Shown: piece after piece, positions 48,352-60,147 of the stretch
How positions within the stretch are numbered: position 1 is the stretch's first letter
Layout: each line of letters opens with the position of its first letter
Assembly (NCBI GenBank): GCA_963558405.1
Contig: CAUWGC010000009.1
Coordinates: forward strand, 13,422-77,421
Reading direction: 5' to 3'
Length of the DNA stretch: 64,000 nucleotides
Source of the DNA: an uncultured Clostridia bacterium
Lineage (GTDB): Bacteria; Bacillota; Clostridia; TANB77; CAG-508
The notes under the pieces: model-generated
The model's database searches: none
What the model was told of the DNA's origin: nothing
The model's input: the letters and a program-made list of their open reading frames with translations, nothing else
Program-made: the position numbers and the translations under genes

Positions 48352-49590
48352 CTATGATTCCATTAATAAATATCCAGATTTTACATTTGTTTTTACATCA
48401 ACATTAAAAAAGCTATTTTGATAATTTAAGAGCCAATTATAATCTATCCAGTTATCCCATGTTAAAAAATGGTGTACAGCATATTTGCCAAATCCAACTG
48501 TATCAGATTTTAAATCTTTTGAAGTTTTATATAAGAATGAATAAATCTTTTCTTTTAAATAATTGTTAGCATATAATTCTATTTTTTTTATGCTATCCTT
48601 ATCCAAATTTTCAGAGTTTTTGTCCATAGATAAAATTCTAGCAGCTAATACTACTTTACATTCTATATATGGTGAATTGTTTACAAATTTTACAGTATTT
48701 TTAGTCCTTCTATTTAAAGATATATTTAAATCTATAGTTTTATTATCTTCAAAAGGACTAGGAATAGTTATGGTAGCAGATTTTAGTTTGTTTTGCAAAA
48801 GTAATTGACATAGGGTTTCCATACCTGTTAGTTCACCTACCATTTTATCATCACGAAAAACTGCTAATCCCATATTTTCAATATTAGAATCACTATCTAT
48901 AGGTGTTTCACCAGCAGTGTAATTTGTATCTTCATTTTGACTAGTTAAGGTATCATTTGATTTTAAATTTTGAGTTTCTTTAGTGTTTAAAGAACCTAAA
49001 ATAGCAGATGCTTCTTTAAAAGTATCAGTGTAAGATGTAAAAAAATCTCCCAAAGTAATATTATCGGTATATGCTGTATATTCGCTAGAATTAGGAGAAA
49101 TTTCGTAATACTTGGCAGACATTTTTTCTAATACAGGCTTAGAATTTTCTAAAAAAGAAGTAGCATCGTCTTTACAAATTATAATTTTTGATTCTGATTG
49201 TACTTGGATATTATTAATTAATGTGTATATATATTCAGAAATTCCTAATTTAGCCAATTTTTCAGAAAAAACTACTACTTTACAATGGCTTAAATCTATT
49301 TGTTTACTGATGTAGCTATTGAATAAAGCAATTCCAGATTCAACACTAGAACATTCTACAGAATTTACAATAGAATCAGAAGATTGTTCAGAACCAGAAG
49401 AACCAGAGTCACTAGGAATAGCAATTTGCAAACTTAGTTTTAAATTATTGTTTTCTCCAACATCTAATCCTAAGGCAACTGCATAAGCTAAATTATCTAT
49501 ATTTCTAGAGTTATATGCTCCTATAAATGAAAGGGAAGAAACAAGGATAATGAAAAAAATTACTATAATTTTTCTAAGAGAGTTTTTCAT
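48352..49590 (-). CDS. Germinant receptor C subunit (Ger(x)C)
   Basis: AYAVALGLD, LSHCKVVVFSEKLAK, GLAVFRDDKMVGEL, SDTVGFG. Confidence 0.9.
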   Translation of the reverse strand: MKNSLRKIIVIFFIILVSSLSFIGAYNSRNIDNLAYAVALGLDVGENNNLKLSLQIAIPSDSGSSGSEQSSDSIVNSVECSSVESGIALFNSYISKQIDLSHCKVVVFSEKLAKLGISEYIYTLINNIQVQSESKIIICKDDATSFLENSKPVLEKMSAKYYEISPNSSEYTAYTDNITLGDFFTSYTDTFKEASAILGSLNTKETQNLKSNDTLTSQNEDTNYTAGETPIDSDSNIENMGLAVFRDDKMVGELTGMETLCQLLLQNKLKSATITIPSPFEDNKTIDLNISLNRRTKNTVKFVNNSPYIECKVVLAARILSMDKNSENLDKDSIKKIELYANNYLKEKIYSFLYKTSKDLKSDTVGFGKYAVHHFLTWDNWIDYNWLLNYQNSFFNVDVKTNVKSGYLLMES

Positions 49591-50707
49591 GTATTGTTCC
49601 TCCTTTATTTACAGATTTATTTATGTGATTTTTTTTGTATTTTATATTTGCAAATATTAAAATAGGTATAAATATTCCAAATAAGATGATAATTGAAGAA
49701 TATTTATAAAGAACGGATTCAAAATAACGAATGCCAGCCATACCAGAAGGAATCCAAGCTACAATATAAATAATAGTTGCTATACATGGACACATCGATT
49801 TTTCATTTTGGATGTTTGTTAGCTTTTTAAAAATATAAAGAAGAAACATTAAACCTATACTCAAATAAGATATAAAAGATAAAATCCAAGTTAATACAAA
49901 TATAGCTTCTGGTCTTTGAATAAATGTACCAAATTTTGCAGTTTTTATAATTAAATAAACAGGAGAAAGTGCTTCTGTAAATTTTACAAATGGAAAGCTA
50001 AGAAGTAAAGAAGCTATTGCTAAAAATAGAAATATGCTAATTATTAATACAGACCAAACAGCAATTTTTTTAAAGTCGGATTTATTTTCAATATATGGCA
50101 TTATAAAAAATAAATAAGTGATACCATTGAAGGCAAAAAGGTTAGAAAGACCATTTAAAAAAGTTTCTTTTGCTCCATAACCTAAAATAGGAAATATTCT
50201 TTGAAAAGCAAAAGATCTTCCAACTAGTAAAAAAGTAATAGATAAGCTAAGTAAAATAATAGGAACAATTATGGTATTAGCTTTAATAACAGCAGTTTTA
50301 CCTAAACTATTTATTATTACAACAACAATTAAAAATAAAGCTACTAAAAAGCCCATTGGGACATAAGGAAAGTATACAATTTTTAAAATTTCAGAAAAGT
50401 TTCTTAAAAGTGTACCAAATGTAAGAGTAAGAAAAACAAAAAATAATATACCAACAATATATTTTAAAATTTTACCACCTAAAAATTCGCAAATATCCAA
50501 TATATCATGAGTTTGAAAATTTCTAAATAATTTAATAATAAGTAAAACAATAATAAACATCAAAAAAGAAATATATAATACATTTAGAATAGAAGAAGAA
50601 CCACATGAATCTGTAATACTTTGTGGCAAATTTAATACAATGTGATTGACAATTACAATAACAATTAAACAAATACCTTCAATTGTACCTATTTTTGAAT
50701 AATTCAA
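49574..50707 (-). CDS. Germinant receptor B subunit (GerAB family)
   Basis: About 10 TMs, RIFPILGYG, FIQRPEAIFVLTW. Confidence 0.88.
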   Translation of the reverse strand: MNYSKIGTIEGICLIVIVIVNHIVLNLPQSITDSCGSSSILNVLYISFLMFIIVLLIIKLFRNFQTHDILDICEFLGGKILKYIVGILFFVFLTLTFGTLLRNFSEILKIVYFPYVPMGFLVALFLIVVVIINSLGKTAVIKANTIIVPIILLSLSITFLLVGRSFAFQRIFPILGYGAKETFLNGLSNLFAFNGITYLFFIMPYIENKSDFKKIAVWSVLIISIFLFLAIASLLLSFPFVKFTEALSPVYLIIKTAKFGTFIQRPEAIFVLTWILSFISYLSIGLMFLLYIFKKLTNIQNEKSMCPCIATIIYIVAWIPSGMAGIRYFESVLYKYSSIIILFGIFIPILIFANIKYKKNHINKSVNKGGTIHEKLS

Positions 50708-50722
50708 ATTGTTTTCCTCCTT

Positions 50723-52444
50723 TTAATTTTTATTTGGAAATTTCCAAGGAATACTAATATTTTCTTGTTGCTTAGGTTTTTTAGAATTTAAAAAACTTGA
50801 CCTATATTCTCTATTCCATGCTGGAGAGTTAAAGAGTCCTTTATTATTAAAACTTTTAAAAGGTAAATAAGGTTGTAAATAAGGAACGCCAAAAGATTTC
50901 ATAGTTAATAATAGTGCAAGATGTAAAAATAATACTATAGCTATTCCTAAAAAACCGATTAAGTATCCCATAATAATATAAATAAATCTCATTATTCTGC
51001 AATGGAAACTAAGTGAAAAGTCTGGAATTGCAAAAGAGCAAATTCCTGTAATTGCAACAATAATAATTAAAATAGGACTAACAATACTAGCATCAACTGC
51101 TGCTTGCCCCAAAACTAAAGCTCCTACAATTCCCATAGTAGGACCAATTGGACTAGGAACTCTAAGGCTTGCTTCTCTAATTAATTCAAAAGAAAGTTCC
51201 ATTACAATAAGTTCAAAAATTATAGGAAATGGAACAGCAGCTCTTGAGGCTACTATTGCAAATAATAATTCTGTTGGAATTGCTTCTTGATGAAAATTGG
51301 TAATTGCAATATAAAAGCCTGGTAAAAGTAATGTGATAATAAAAGCAATAATTCTTAAAAATTTTGCAAAATTAGCAAATTGATATTTTAAATTTTTATC
51401 TTCTGGTGAAAACATAAAATCAATAAAAACTCCAGGCATTATTAATACATAAGGAGAACCATTTACTATTACAACTATTCTACCATCTAATAAAGAACTA
51501 GCTGCACGGTCTGGTCTTTCTGTTGCTATCATTTGAGGAAGATTAATTTTACCATTATCTTCAATTAATTGTTCTAACTGACCAGAAGAAATAAGATAAT
51601 CTACCTTAATATTATGCAAACGATTTTTTACTTCTGCCACTAATTCGTCATTTGCAATACTTTTCATATAACATACTGCACATTTAGTTTTACTTAATGA
51701 ACCTAATTCTATATTTTCTATTACTAAATCTTCATTATTTACTATTCTTCTAATTAAAGATGTATTAGTTCTAATTACTTCTGTAAATGCCTCCTGAGGT
51801 CCTCTTATGACGACTTCATTATTAGGTGCAGATATACTTCTTTGTTTAAAACCTTTAACTTCAATATCAAAAGCAATGTCTAAAGTATCAATAAAAAGTG
51901 CACAATTTCCAGAATTGACGCTGGATATAATAGATTCAAATTCTTTAATTTTTTTAACACTATTTTGGGGAAGTAAAGAGTTATAAATATAATCTACTGT
52001 ATTAAATTTTCTTACTTTTCGGACAGTTATATTATTTGTAACAGCTTCTGATATAATTCTATTTTGATCTCCATCATAACTATTAGCTCTATTTCTGAGC
52101 ATTAATGGATTTAAAATAAAATCATTAATAATTTTAGAATCTACCATCCCATCAATGTATAGTAAAAATGCTCTATATTCTTTATTTCTAGCAGTAAGTA
52201 AAAATTCTCTTATAACAATATCACTATTAATTAAAGTGTTATATTTTACTTTTAAATATTCTAAATTAACATCTATACTAGGATAAACATATTTATTAGC
52301 ATTTTCTAAAACTTTTTTGCTAACATTTTCTATCTCTGGATTAATAGAATTTGAATTTTCGGGAAGAGTATTATCATAAGTAACTTCTTCAAAATCAAAT
52401 AGTTTATTAGATATATTTTCAAATAATTTTTTTAGATTACTCAT
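50723..52444 (-). CDS. Germinant receptor A subunit (GerKA-like)
   Basis: EVVIRGPQEAFTE, TERPDR, ELIREASLRVP, SFGVPYL; start moved to ATG after AAAGGAG; SigF/G-like GGTAAAACTA upstream. Confidence 0.93.
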   Translation of the reverse strand: MSNLKKLFENISNKLFDFEEVTYDNTLPENSNSINPEIENVSKKVLENANKYVYPSIDVNLEYLKVKYNTLINSDIVIREFLLTARNKEYRAFLLYIDGMVDSKIINDFILNPLMLRNRANSYDGDQNRIISEAVTNNITVRKVRKFNTVDYIYNSLLPQNSVKKIKEFESIISSVNSGNCALFIDTLDIAFDIEVKGFKQRSISAPNNEVVIRGPQEAFTEVIRTNTSLIRRIVNNEDLVIENIELGSLSKTKCAVCYMKSIANDELVAEVKNRLHNIKVDYLISSGQLEQLIEDNGKINLPQMIATERPDRAASSLLDGRIVVIVNGSPYVLIMPGVFIDFMFSPEDKNLKYQFANFAKFLRIIAFIITLLLPGFYIAITNFHQEAIPTELLFAIVASRAAVPFPIIFELIVMELSFELIREASLRVPSPIGPTMGIVGALVLGQAAVDASIVSPILIIIVAITGICSFAIPDFSLSFHCRIMRFIYIIMGYLIGFLGIAIVLFLHLALLLTMKSFGVPYLQPYLPFKSFNNKGLFNSPAWNREYRSSFLNSKKPKQQENISIPWKFPNKN

Positions 52445-52557
52445 TTTTACTCCTTTATTATTTTTTTTTAGTTTTACCAAAAAATAATAAAATATGTATA
52501 AAAATGAATTATAAAAATAAATATAAAATTAAAATGTAAGTATTTTGTGATACAAAC

Positions 52558-52591
52558 AAAAAGGACATCAGAAAAACTGATGTCCTTTTTT
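52558..52591 (-). terminator. Terminator of the 66 aa solo gene
   Basis: Perfect inverted repeat AAAAAGGACATCAG / CTGATGTCCTTTTT. Confidence 0.85.
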
Positions 52592-52598
52592 GGTAGCT

Positions 52599-52799
52599 CT
52601 AAGCTACTGGTGAATTTTGGAGATTGTATCGGTTTTGAAGGAAAGCGAGAAGTAACGGAATATGCTGAGGTTTTGTCTCAACAATTACATAACCGTGATT
52701 TTCTTCGACTCGACCTTCGCAAAAGTCATATATAGCTGCTCTAAAAGCAGTAATAGATGTCTTTACTTCGTCACGCCGATACAGTAATTTGTTTCCCAT
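52599..52799 (-). CDS. Hypothetical protein (66 aa)
   Basis: RBS GAGGAGG, own promoter and terminator, visibly higher GC than flanks. Confidence 0.65.
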   Translation of the reverse strand: MGNKLLYRRDEVKTSITAFRAAIYDFCEGRVEENHGYVIVETKPQHIPLLLAFLQNRYNLQNSPVA

Positions 52800-53029
52800 T
52801 TTGGAAACCTCCTCTTAATTTTATTATACCCGAGTTAACAGGTTAAAAATATTATACCATAAAATGTAAATTAAATCAAGAAAAAATAGCTAAAAATAGA
52901 GCAAGAACAGTTGGAAATATTTAGCTAACATGTTTAATATAAAAAATAAGATATTAATTATAATTGATTTTATCTTAATTGTAATTCAGAAATTTCATTT
53001 GCAAAGCAATAAAAAAATTAGGAAAATGC

Positions 53030-53058
53030 TTGACTTTTGCATTATATCATTATATAAT
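53030..53058 (+). promoter_or_regulatory. SigA promoter of the S10 operon
   Basis: TTGACT-17bp-TATAAT. Confidence 0.8.
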
Positions 53059-53064
53059 AATAAC

Positions 53065-53270
53065 GCATGAATTTTGCGATGAAGTAAGATGTGGCTACAT
53101 ATAGCAATATATGGAGGGAACTCTTACAGAGTATGTCGTGGCTATGACCAGGCGGTAAGTTTAATAAAAAAGCACTTATCTCAAGTATTTTCATGCAAAC
53201 TTGAGGTTTTTTATTGGTAGTAAACAAAACACCAGGGTGCGTTTATAACTTGCCTAGGTACATTTTATTT
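53065..53270 (+). promoter_or_regulatory. Structured rpsJ 5' leader (probable ribosomal-protein autoregulatory leader)
   Basis: ~220 nt relatively GC-rich UTR beginning GCGATGAAGTAAGATGTGGCT, similar to the Firmicutes S10 leader start; hairpin CTCAAGT..ACTTGAG followed by T run. Confidence 0.65.
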
Positions 53271-53287
53271 TAAGGAGGGAAATTACT

Positions 53288-53614
53288 ATGGCAAAATCAA
53301 ATGTTGTAGGAAGTGAAAAAATCAGAATAAGATTAAAAGCTTATGATCATGTTGTTTTAGAACAGTCTGCTGAAAAAATAGTAGATACTGCTAAAAAAAC
53401 AGGAGCTAAAGTTTCAGGTCCTATTCCACTACCAACAGAAAAAGAAATCGTAACAATCTTACGTTCTCCACACAAAGATAAAGATGCAAGAGAACAATTT
53501 GAAATGAGAACACATAAAAGAGTTATAGATATTCTTTACCCAACACAAAAAACAGTAGATAGTCTAATGAAATTAGATTTACCAGCTGGTGTTGATATTG
53601 AAATTAAATTATAA
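53288..53614 (+). CDS. rpsJ: 30S ribosomal protein S10
   Basis: [26 protein letters not shown]. Confidence 0.98.
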   Translation: MAKSNVVGSEKIRIRLKAYDHVVLEQSAEKIVDTAKKTGAKVSGPIPLPTEKEIVTILRSPHKDKDAREQFEMRTHKRVIDILYPTQKTVDSLMKLDLPAGVDIEIKL

Positions 53615-53719
53615 TCTAAATAGGTAAGCAAAACCTAGTTACAATAATAAGTAACAAAATAGCATACATAAACCAAGCTGGTGCAATAAAGTATCAGCCA
53701 ATAGTTAGGAGGAAATAAA

Positions 53720-54352
53720 ATGAAAAAAGGAATTATTGGAAAAAAAGTAGGAATGACACAAATTTTTGATGAAAAAGGAAATGTAATTCCTGTAACAGTT
53801 ATAGAAGCTGGTCCATGTGTAGTAGCACAAGTAAAAACTGTAGAAACAGATGGATATAGTGCAGTACAATTAGGATTTGGCGAAGTTAAAGAAAAGAAAA
53901 TTAATAAACCAGAAAAAGGACATTTTGCAAAAGCAAATGTAGCAAACAAAAAACATTTAAGAGAATTTAAATTAGATGATGCTCAAAATTTAAAAGTAGG
54001 AGACGAAATTAAAGCAGATGTTTTTGTTGCAGGTGATAAAATTGACGTTCAAGGAACAACAAAAGGAAAAGGATTCCAAGGTGTTATAAAACGTCATGGA
54101 CAATCAAGAGGACCTATGGGACATGGTTCTATGTATCACAGAAGACCAGGTTCAATGGGATCTACATCTACTCCAGGTAGAGTATTTAAAGGTAAAAAAT
54201 TACCAGGACATATGGGAGTAGCTACAGTAACAATTCAAAATTTAGATGTTGTTCGTGTAGATATGGATAAAAACGTAATTTTAGTAAAAGGTAGTGTTCC
54301 AGGAAACAAAGGTGCTATCTTAAAAATAAAATCAGCTGCTAAAAGAGCATAA
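53720..54352 (+). CDS. rplC: 50S ribosomal protein L3
   Basis: [17 protein letters not shown]. Confidence 0.98.
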   Translation: MKKGIIGKKVGMTQIFDEKGNVIPVTVIEAGPCVVAQVKTVETDGYSAVQLGFGEVKEKKINKPEKGHFAKANVANKKHLREFKLDDAQNLKVGDEIKADVFVAGDKIDVQGTTKGKGFQGVIKRHGQSRGPMGHGSMYHRRPGSMGSTSTPGRVFKGKKLPGHMGVATVTIQNLDVVRVDMDKNVILVKGSVPGNKGAILKIKSAAKRA

Positions 54353-54369
54353 GGAAGGAGGAAGAAAAA

Positions 54370-54992
<623 letters not shown>

Positions 54993-54993
<1 letters not shown>

Positions 54994-55340
54994 TGTTACC
55001 AGAAGATATTATTATAAGACCAATTATTACAGAAAAAAGTAATGATGGTTTACAAGAAGGAAAATATACTTTTGAAGTAAATAAAAAAGCTACTAAAGTA
55101 GATATTGCAAGAGCAGTAGAAAAATTATTTGAAGTAAAAGTATTATCTGTAAATACAATGAATGTAAAAGGAAAAGAAAAAAGAGTTGGTAGAAACGTAG
55201 GAATGACATCTAGTTGGAAAAAAGCAATCGTTACTATTGATACAAATGCGAGCGAAAAAACATACCTTGGAAAAGGTGGAAAAGAAGTAAAAGTTTCTAA
55301 GAAGTACAAAGATTCTATTGATGAATTTATGGGAGCTTAG
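54993..55340 (+). CDS. rplW: 50S ribosomal protein L23
   Basis: [15 protein letters not shown]; operon position. Confidence 0.96.
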
Positions 55341-55402
55341 GAATAAAAAAATTATCTAGATAAAACTAGGAAAATAAATATATAAAGGAGAGAAATAAAA
55401 AA

Positions 55403-56230
55403 ATGGGAATGAAACATTATAAAGCATATACTCCATCAACAAGAAACATGACTGTTTCAGATTTTTCAGAAATTACTAAAAAAACTCCTGAAAAATCATT
55501 ACTTGCTAAAAAGAAAAAGAATGCAGGAAGAAATTCTTATGGAAGAATTACAGTTAGACATCAAGGTGGAGGAAATAGACAAAAATATAGAATAATTGAT
55601 TTTAAACGTATAAAAGATGATATGGAAGCAACTGTTATTGGTATTGAATATGATCCAAACAGAAGCGCAAACATTGCTTTAATTCAATATGAAGATGGAG
55701 AAAAAGCATATATATTAGCTCCAGTTGGATTAACAGATGGAGACAAAGTAGTTTCAGGACAAAAAGTTGATATTAAACCAGGAAACTGTATGCCAATTGA
55801 TTCTATTCCAGTAGGTACTATGATTCACAATATTGAATTACATCCAGGTCAAGGTGGAAAATTAGTTAGAAGTGCTGGTCAAGAAGCTCAATTAATGGCT
55901 AAAGAAGGAAAATATGCACATGTAAGATTACCATCAGGAGAAATGCGTTTAGTATTAAGCAAATGTAGAGCAACAGTTGGAACAGTTGGAAACGCAGATC
56001 ATGAAAATGTTAAAATTGGTAAAGCCGGAAGAACAAGACATATGGGAATTCGTCCAACAGTTAGAGGTTCTGTTATGAACCCAGTAGATCACCCACATGG
56101 TGGTGGTGAAGGTAGAGCTCCAGTAGGTCATGCAGGACCATTAACACCTTGGGGTAAACCAGCTCTTGGATACAAGACAAGAAAGAAAAATCACAGAACA
56201 AATAAATATATAGTTAAGAGAAGAAAATAG
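55403..56230 (+). CDS. rplB: 50S ribosomal protein L2
   Basis: [22 protein letters not shown]. Confidence 0.98.
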   Translation: MGMKHYKAYTPSTRNMTVSDFSEITKKTPEKSLLAKKKKNAGRNSYGRITVRHQGGGNRQKYRIIDFKRIKDDMEATVIGIEYDPNRSANIALIQYEDGEKAYILAPVGLTDGDKVVSGQKVDIKPGNCMPIDSIPVGTMIHNIELHPGQGGKLVRSAGQEAQLMAKEGKYAHVRLPSGEMRLVLSKCRATVGTVGNADHENVKIGKAGRTRHMGIRPTVRGSVMNPVDHPHGGGEGRAPVGHAGPLTPWGKPALGYKTRKKNHRTNKYIVKRRK

Positions 56231-56250
56231 TCTGAAGGGAGGAAAATAAT

Positions 56251-56532
56251 ATGTCAAGATCAAGTAAGAAAAAACCATTTGTAGCACCAGAATTATTAAA
56301 AAGAATAGAAGCTATGAATGAAAGTGGAAAAAAAGAAGTATTAAAAACATGGTCTAGAGCTTCTACTATTTATCCACAAATGGTTGGTCATACAATAGCT
56401 GTACATGATGGTAGAAAACATGTTCCTATTTATATTACAGAAGAAATGATAGGACATAAATTAGGTGAATTTGCTCCTACAAGAACTTTTAAAGGTCATG
56501 CTGGAGAAAAAGCATCAGCCGTTAAGAAATAA
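56251..56532 (+). CDS. rpsS: 30S ribosomal protein S19
   Basis: [18 protein letters not shown]. Confidence 0.98.
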   Translation: MSRSSKKKPFVAPELLKRIEAMNESGKKEVLKTWSRASTIYPQMVGHTIAVHDGRKHVPIYITEEMIGHKLGEFAPTRTFKGHAGEKASAVKK

Positions 56533-56560
56533 ATAAAAAGCAAATAAGGAGGGAAATAAA

Positions 56561-56926
56561 GTGGAAAAAGCAGAAGTAAAAAATGCAATTCCTGAAGCAA
56601 AAGCAATCTTAAGATATGCTAGAATTTCTTCAAGAAAAGTAAAAATTGTAGCAGACTTATTAAGAGGAAAAAGTGCAAGTGAAGCTTTAGCAATTGTTAA
56701 ATTCACACCAAAAGCTTCATCTGAAATAATAGAAAAATTATTAAAATCAGCAATTGCCAATGCTGAAAACAACCATAACATGAAGATGGAAAATTTATAT
56801 GTAGCAGAAATTTATGCAAATCAAGGTCCAACACTAAAAAGAATTAGACCAGCAGCAAAAGGTTCTGCAGTTAGAATTAGAAAAAGAACAAGTCATATTA
56901 CTATCGTATTAAGAGAGAGAGTATAA
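56561..56926 (+). CDS. rplV: 50S ribosomal protein L22
   Basis: [17 protein letters not shown]. Confidence 0.98.
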   Translation: MEKAEVKNAIPEAKAILRYARISSRKVKIVADLLRGKSASEALAIVKFTPKASSEIIEKLLKSAIANAENNHNMKMENLYVAEIYANQGPTLKRIRPAAKGSAVRIRKRTSHITIVLRERV

Positions 56927-56946
56927 GAAAGGAGGATTTTTAAATC

Positions 56947-57609
56947 ATGGGACAAAAAATGCATCCACATGGATTAAGAGTGGGAGTTATTAAAGATTGG
57001 AATTCAAAATGGTATGCAGATTCTAAACATTTTGGAGATTACTTAGTAGAAGACCACAAAATCCGTGAATATGTTAAGAAAAAATTATATGCTAGTGGTA
57101 TTTCAAAAATAGAAATTGAAAGAACTGCTAAATTTGTTAAAGTAAATGTGTTTACTGCAAAACCAGGACTAGTAATAGGAAAAGGTGGAAATTTTGCAGA
57201 AAGCTTAAAAGTTGAATTACAAAAAATGATAGGAAAAGAAGTAAATCTAAATATTGTTGAGGTAAAAAACATTGATTTAGATGCTCAATTAGTTGCAGAA
57301 AATATTGCAGGACAATTAGAAAGAAGAATATCTTTCAGACGTGCAATGAAACAATGTATGCAAAAAACAATGAAAGCAGGAGCTCTTGGAATTAAAACTT
57401 CTGTATCTGGAAGACTTGGAGGAGCTGATATGGCAAGAACTGAGTTCTACAAAGAAGGTACAATTCCACTACAAACATTAAGAGCTGATATCGATTATGG
57501 ATTTGCAGAAGCAGATACAACTTATGGAAAAATCGGTGTTAAAGTATGGATTTATAAAGGAGAAGTTCTTCCTACAAAAAAAGCTAAAGTGGAAGGAGGA
57601 GAAGCATAA
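56947..57609 (+). CDS. rpsC: 30S ribosomal protein S3
   Basis: [22 protein letters not shown]. Confidence 0.98.
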   Translation: MGQKMHPHGLRVGVIKDWNSKWYADSKHFGDYLVEDHKIREYVKKKLYASGISKIEIERTAKFVKVNVFTAKPGLVIGKGGNFAESLKVELQKMIGKEVNLNIVEVKNIDLDAQLVAENIAGQLERRISFRRAMKQCMQKTMKAGALGIKTSVSGRLGGADMARTEFYKEGTIPLQTLRADIDYGFAEADTTYGKIGVKVWIYKGEVLPTKKAKVEGGEA

Positions 57610-58052
57610 TGCCATTAATGCCAAAAAGAACAAAATTTAGAAAAATGCAAAAAGGTAGAAATAGAGGAAAAGCAACAAGAGGAAATCGTATTACAGATGG
57701 TCAATACGGATTACAAGCATTAGAGGCTGGATTAATTACAGGAAATCAAATTGAAGCAGCCCGTGTTGCTATGACTCGTTATATTAAAAGAGGCGGTCAA
57801 GTTTGGATTAAAATATTTCCAGATAAGCCAATGACAACAAAACCTATTGGTACTCGTATGGGTAAAGGAAAAGGTGCTGTTGAATATTGGGTAGCTGCCG
57901 TAAAACCAGGTAGAGTAATGTTTGAAATTGGAGGAATTCCAGAAGAAACAGCAAAAGAAGCTTTAAGACTTGCTGCTAACAAATTATCTGTAAAATGTAA
58001 ATTTGTAGCAAAAGAAACTGTAACAGTAGGTGGTGATAAGGATGAAGATTAA
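57609..58052 (+). CDS. rplP: 50S ribosomal protein L16
   Basis: [15 protein letters not shown]. Confidence 0.98.
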   Translation: MPLMPKRTKFRKMQKGRNRGKATRGNRITDGQYGLQALEAGLITGNQIEAARVAMTRYIKRGGQVWIKIFPDKPMTTKPIGTRMGKGKGAVEYWVAAVKPGRVMFEIGGIPEETAKEALRLAANKLSVKCKFVAKETVTVGGDKDED

Positions 58053-58245
58053 TAAAATAAAAGAAATGTCTTCACCAGAGCTAGAAAAAGAATTAACAGA
58101 ATTAAAATCAGAATTATTTAAATTAAGATTTAGTTTAGCTACAAATGGATTAGATAATCCAATGAAAATAAAAGATGTAAAAAGAGATATTGCTAAAATT
58201 AAAACTGTTTTAAGAGAAAGAGAAATTGCTGAAAACGCAAAATAA
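58042..58245 (+). CDS. rpmC: 50S ribosomal protein L29
   Basis: [19 protein letters not shown]. Confidence 0.96.
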   Translation: MKINKIKEMSSPELEKELTELKSELFKLRFSLATNGLDNPMKIKDVKRDIAKIKTVLREREIAENAK

Positions 58246-58307
58246 TTCTTTTCTAGTTTAAAGAAGAAATTTAAATAATAATAAAACTTCGAAGAAAGGA
58301 GTAAATT

Positions 58308-58568
58308 ATGGAAAGAAAATTACGTAGAGTATTAGTTGGAACTGTTACTTCTGACAAAATGGATAAAACTGTTGTTGTAGCAGTAGAAAACAGTGTAAGA
58401 CATCAAAAATATGGAAAAATTATAAAAAGAACATACAAATTAAAAGCTCATGATGAAGAAAATAAATGCCAAATTGGCGATAAAGTAAAAGTAATGGAAA
58501 CAAGACCTTTATCTAAAGATAAAAGATGGAGAGTTGTAGAAATCGTAGAAAAGGCAGTTATTAAATAA
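58308..58568 (+). CDS. rpsQ: 30S ribosomal protein S17
   Basis: [21 protein letters not shown]. Confidence 0.98.
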   Translation: MERKLRRVLVGTVTSDKMDKTVVVAVENSVRHQKYGKIIKRTYKLKAHDEENKCQIGDKVKVMETRPLSKDKRWRVVEIVEKAVIK

Positions 58569-58615
58569 AAAATCATCTATAATAAAGAAGCTTTGTAAAA
58601 AAGGAGGAAAAAAAA

Positions 58616-58984
58616 GTGGTACAACAACAATCAATATTAAAAGTTGCTGATAATACTGGTGCAAGAGAGATTATGTGTATCAGATGCCTTGGTGGTTCTT
58701 ATAGAAAATATGCCGGAATTGGTGATATTATAGTAGCTTCTGTAAAGAGTGCTATACCAGGTGGAGTTGTTAAAAAAGGTGACGTTGTTAAAGCAGTTGT
58801 AGTAAGAACAAAAAAACCAATTAAAAGAGCAGATGGTTCTTATCTTAGATTTGACGAGAATGCAGCAGTTATTATACGTGAAGATAAAACTCCAAAAGGA
58901 ACACGTATATTTGGACCTGTTGCTAGAGAATTAAGAGACGGCGATTATATGAAAATATTATCATTAGCTCCAGAAGTTCTATAA
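58616..58984 (+). CDS. rplN: 50S ribosomal protein L14
   Basis: [19 protein letters not shown]. Confidence 0.98.
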   Translation: MVQQQSILKVADNTGAREIMCIRCLGGSYRKYAGIGDIIVASVKSAIPGGVVKKGDVVKAVVVRTKKPIKRADGSYLRFDENAAVIIREDKTPKGTRIFGPVARELRDGDYMKILSLAPEVL

Positions 58985-59020
58985 TAAATAAACAAATATT
59001 TAAAAGGAGGCGAAAAATCA

Positions 59021-59329
59021 ATGAGAATCAAAAAAGGTGATACTGTTAAAATTTTATCAGGAAACGATAAAGGTAAAACAGGAGAAGTATTAGAAGTAAT
59101 ACCAAAATCAGAAAAAATCATCGTAAAAGGTGTTAATATTAGAAAAAAACATATAAAACCTAGAAAACAAGGTGAAGAGGGTGGAATTATTCCAGTAGAA
59201 TGTGCTATACATAGTAGCAAAGCAAACGTAGTATGCCCTAAATGCGGAAAAGTTACTAGAGTTGAATATAAATTAGAAAAAGATGAAAAAGTACGTGTTT
59301 GTAAAAAATGCGGTGCTAACTTAAAATAG
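59021..59329 (+). CDS. rplX: 50S ribosomal protein L24
   Basis: IKKGDTVKILSGNDKGK; CPKC/CKKC. Confidence 0.97.
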   Translation: MRIKKGDTVKILSGNDKGKTGEVLEVIPKSEKIIVKGVNIRKKHIKPRKQGEEGGIIPVECAIHSSKANVVCPKCGKVTRVEYKLEKDEKVRVCKKCGANLK

Positions 59330-59360
59330 TATAAAGGAAGGAGGACCTAAGGGTTAAATC

Positions 59361-59900
59361 ATGGAAATATTAAGAGAAAAATATGAAAAAGAAGTAGTTC
59401 CAGCGTTAATGAAAAAATTTAACTATAAGTCTGTTATGCAAGTACCTAAGTTAGAAAAAATAGTAATTAATATTGGACTAGGAGATATTAAAGACAATCC
59501 AAAATCATTAGATAATGCAATCAATGATGTTATGATTATAACAGGTCAAAAACCTATTATAACAAAATCAAAAAAAGCTATTGCAGCTTTTAAATTAAGA
59601 GAAAATGTAAATGTAGGATGCAAAGTAACATTAAGAAAAGGAAAAATGTATGATTTTGCACTTAAACTATTTAATGTTGCACTTCCAAGAGTAAGAGATT
59701 TTAGAGGAGTATCTAGCAATTCTTTCGATGGAAGAGGAAATTATTCAATGGGTATTAAAGAACAATTAATATTCCCAGAAATTGAATATGATAAAGTAGA
59801 TAAATTAAGAGGAATGGATATTATTTTTGTTACATCAGCTAATACTGATGAAGAAGCAAGAGAATTATTAAGTCTTCTTGGAATGCCTTTTAAAGTTTAA
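59361..59900 (+). CDS. rplE: 50S ribosomal protein L5
   Basis: [24 protein letters not shown]. Confidence 0.98.
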   Translation: MEILREKYEKEVVPALMKKFNYKSVMQVPKLEKIVINIGLGDIKDNPKSLDNAINDVMIITGQKPIITKSKKAIAAFKLRENVNVGCKVTLRKGKMYDFALKLFNVALPRVRDFRGVSSNSFDGRGNYSMGIKEQLIFPEIEYDKVDKLRGMDIIFVTSANTDEEARELLSLLGMPFKV

Positions 59901-59923
59901 TAAAAAGGAGGAAATTTGAAAAG

Positions 59924-60109
59924 ATGGCTAAAAAATCAATGATTATAAAAGCAGCAAGACCACAAAAATATTCTACAAGAGTACATAATAGATGTAAAAT
60001 TTGTGGAAGACCACATGCATATATTAGAAAATATGGAATATGCCGTGTATGCTTTAGAGAATTAGCACATAAAGGAGAAATCCCAGGTGTTAAAAAAGCA
60101 AGCTGGTAA
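59924..60109 (+). CDS. rpsN: 30S ribosomal protein S14, zinc-binding type
   Basis: 61 aa, CKIC...[15 protein letters not shown]. Confidence 0.97.
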   Translation: MAKKSMIIKAARPQKYSTRVHNRCKICGRPHAYIRKYGICRVCFRELAHKGEIPGVKKASW

Positions 60110-60147
60110 AATATGATATAGCGATAAAACAAAAAGGAGGGAAAAAA

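Noticed and set aside
53042-53227. 61 aa minus-strand ORF
   Set aside because: It overlaps the S10 promoter and leader and has no coding features
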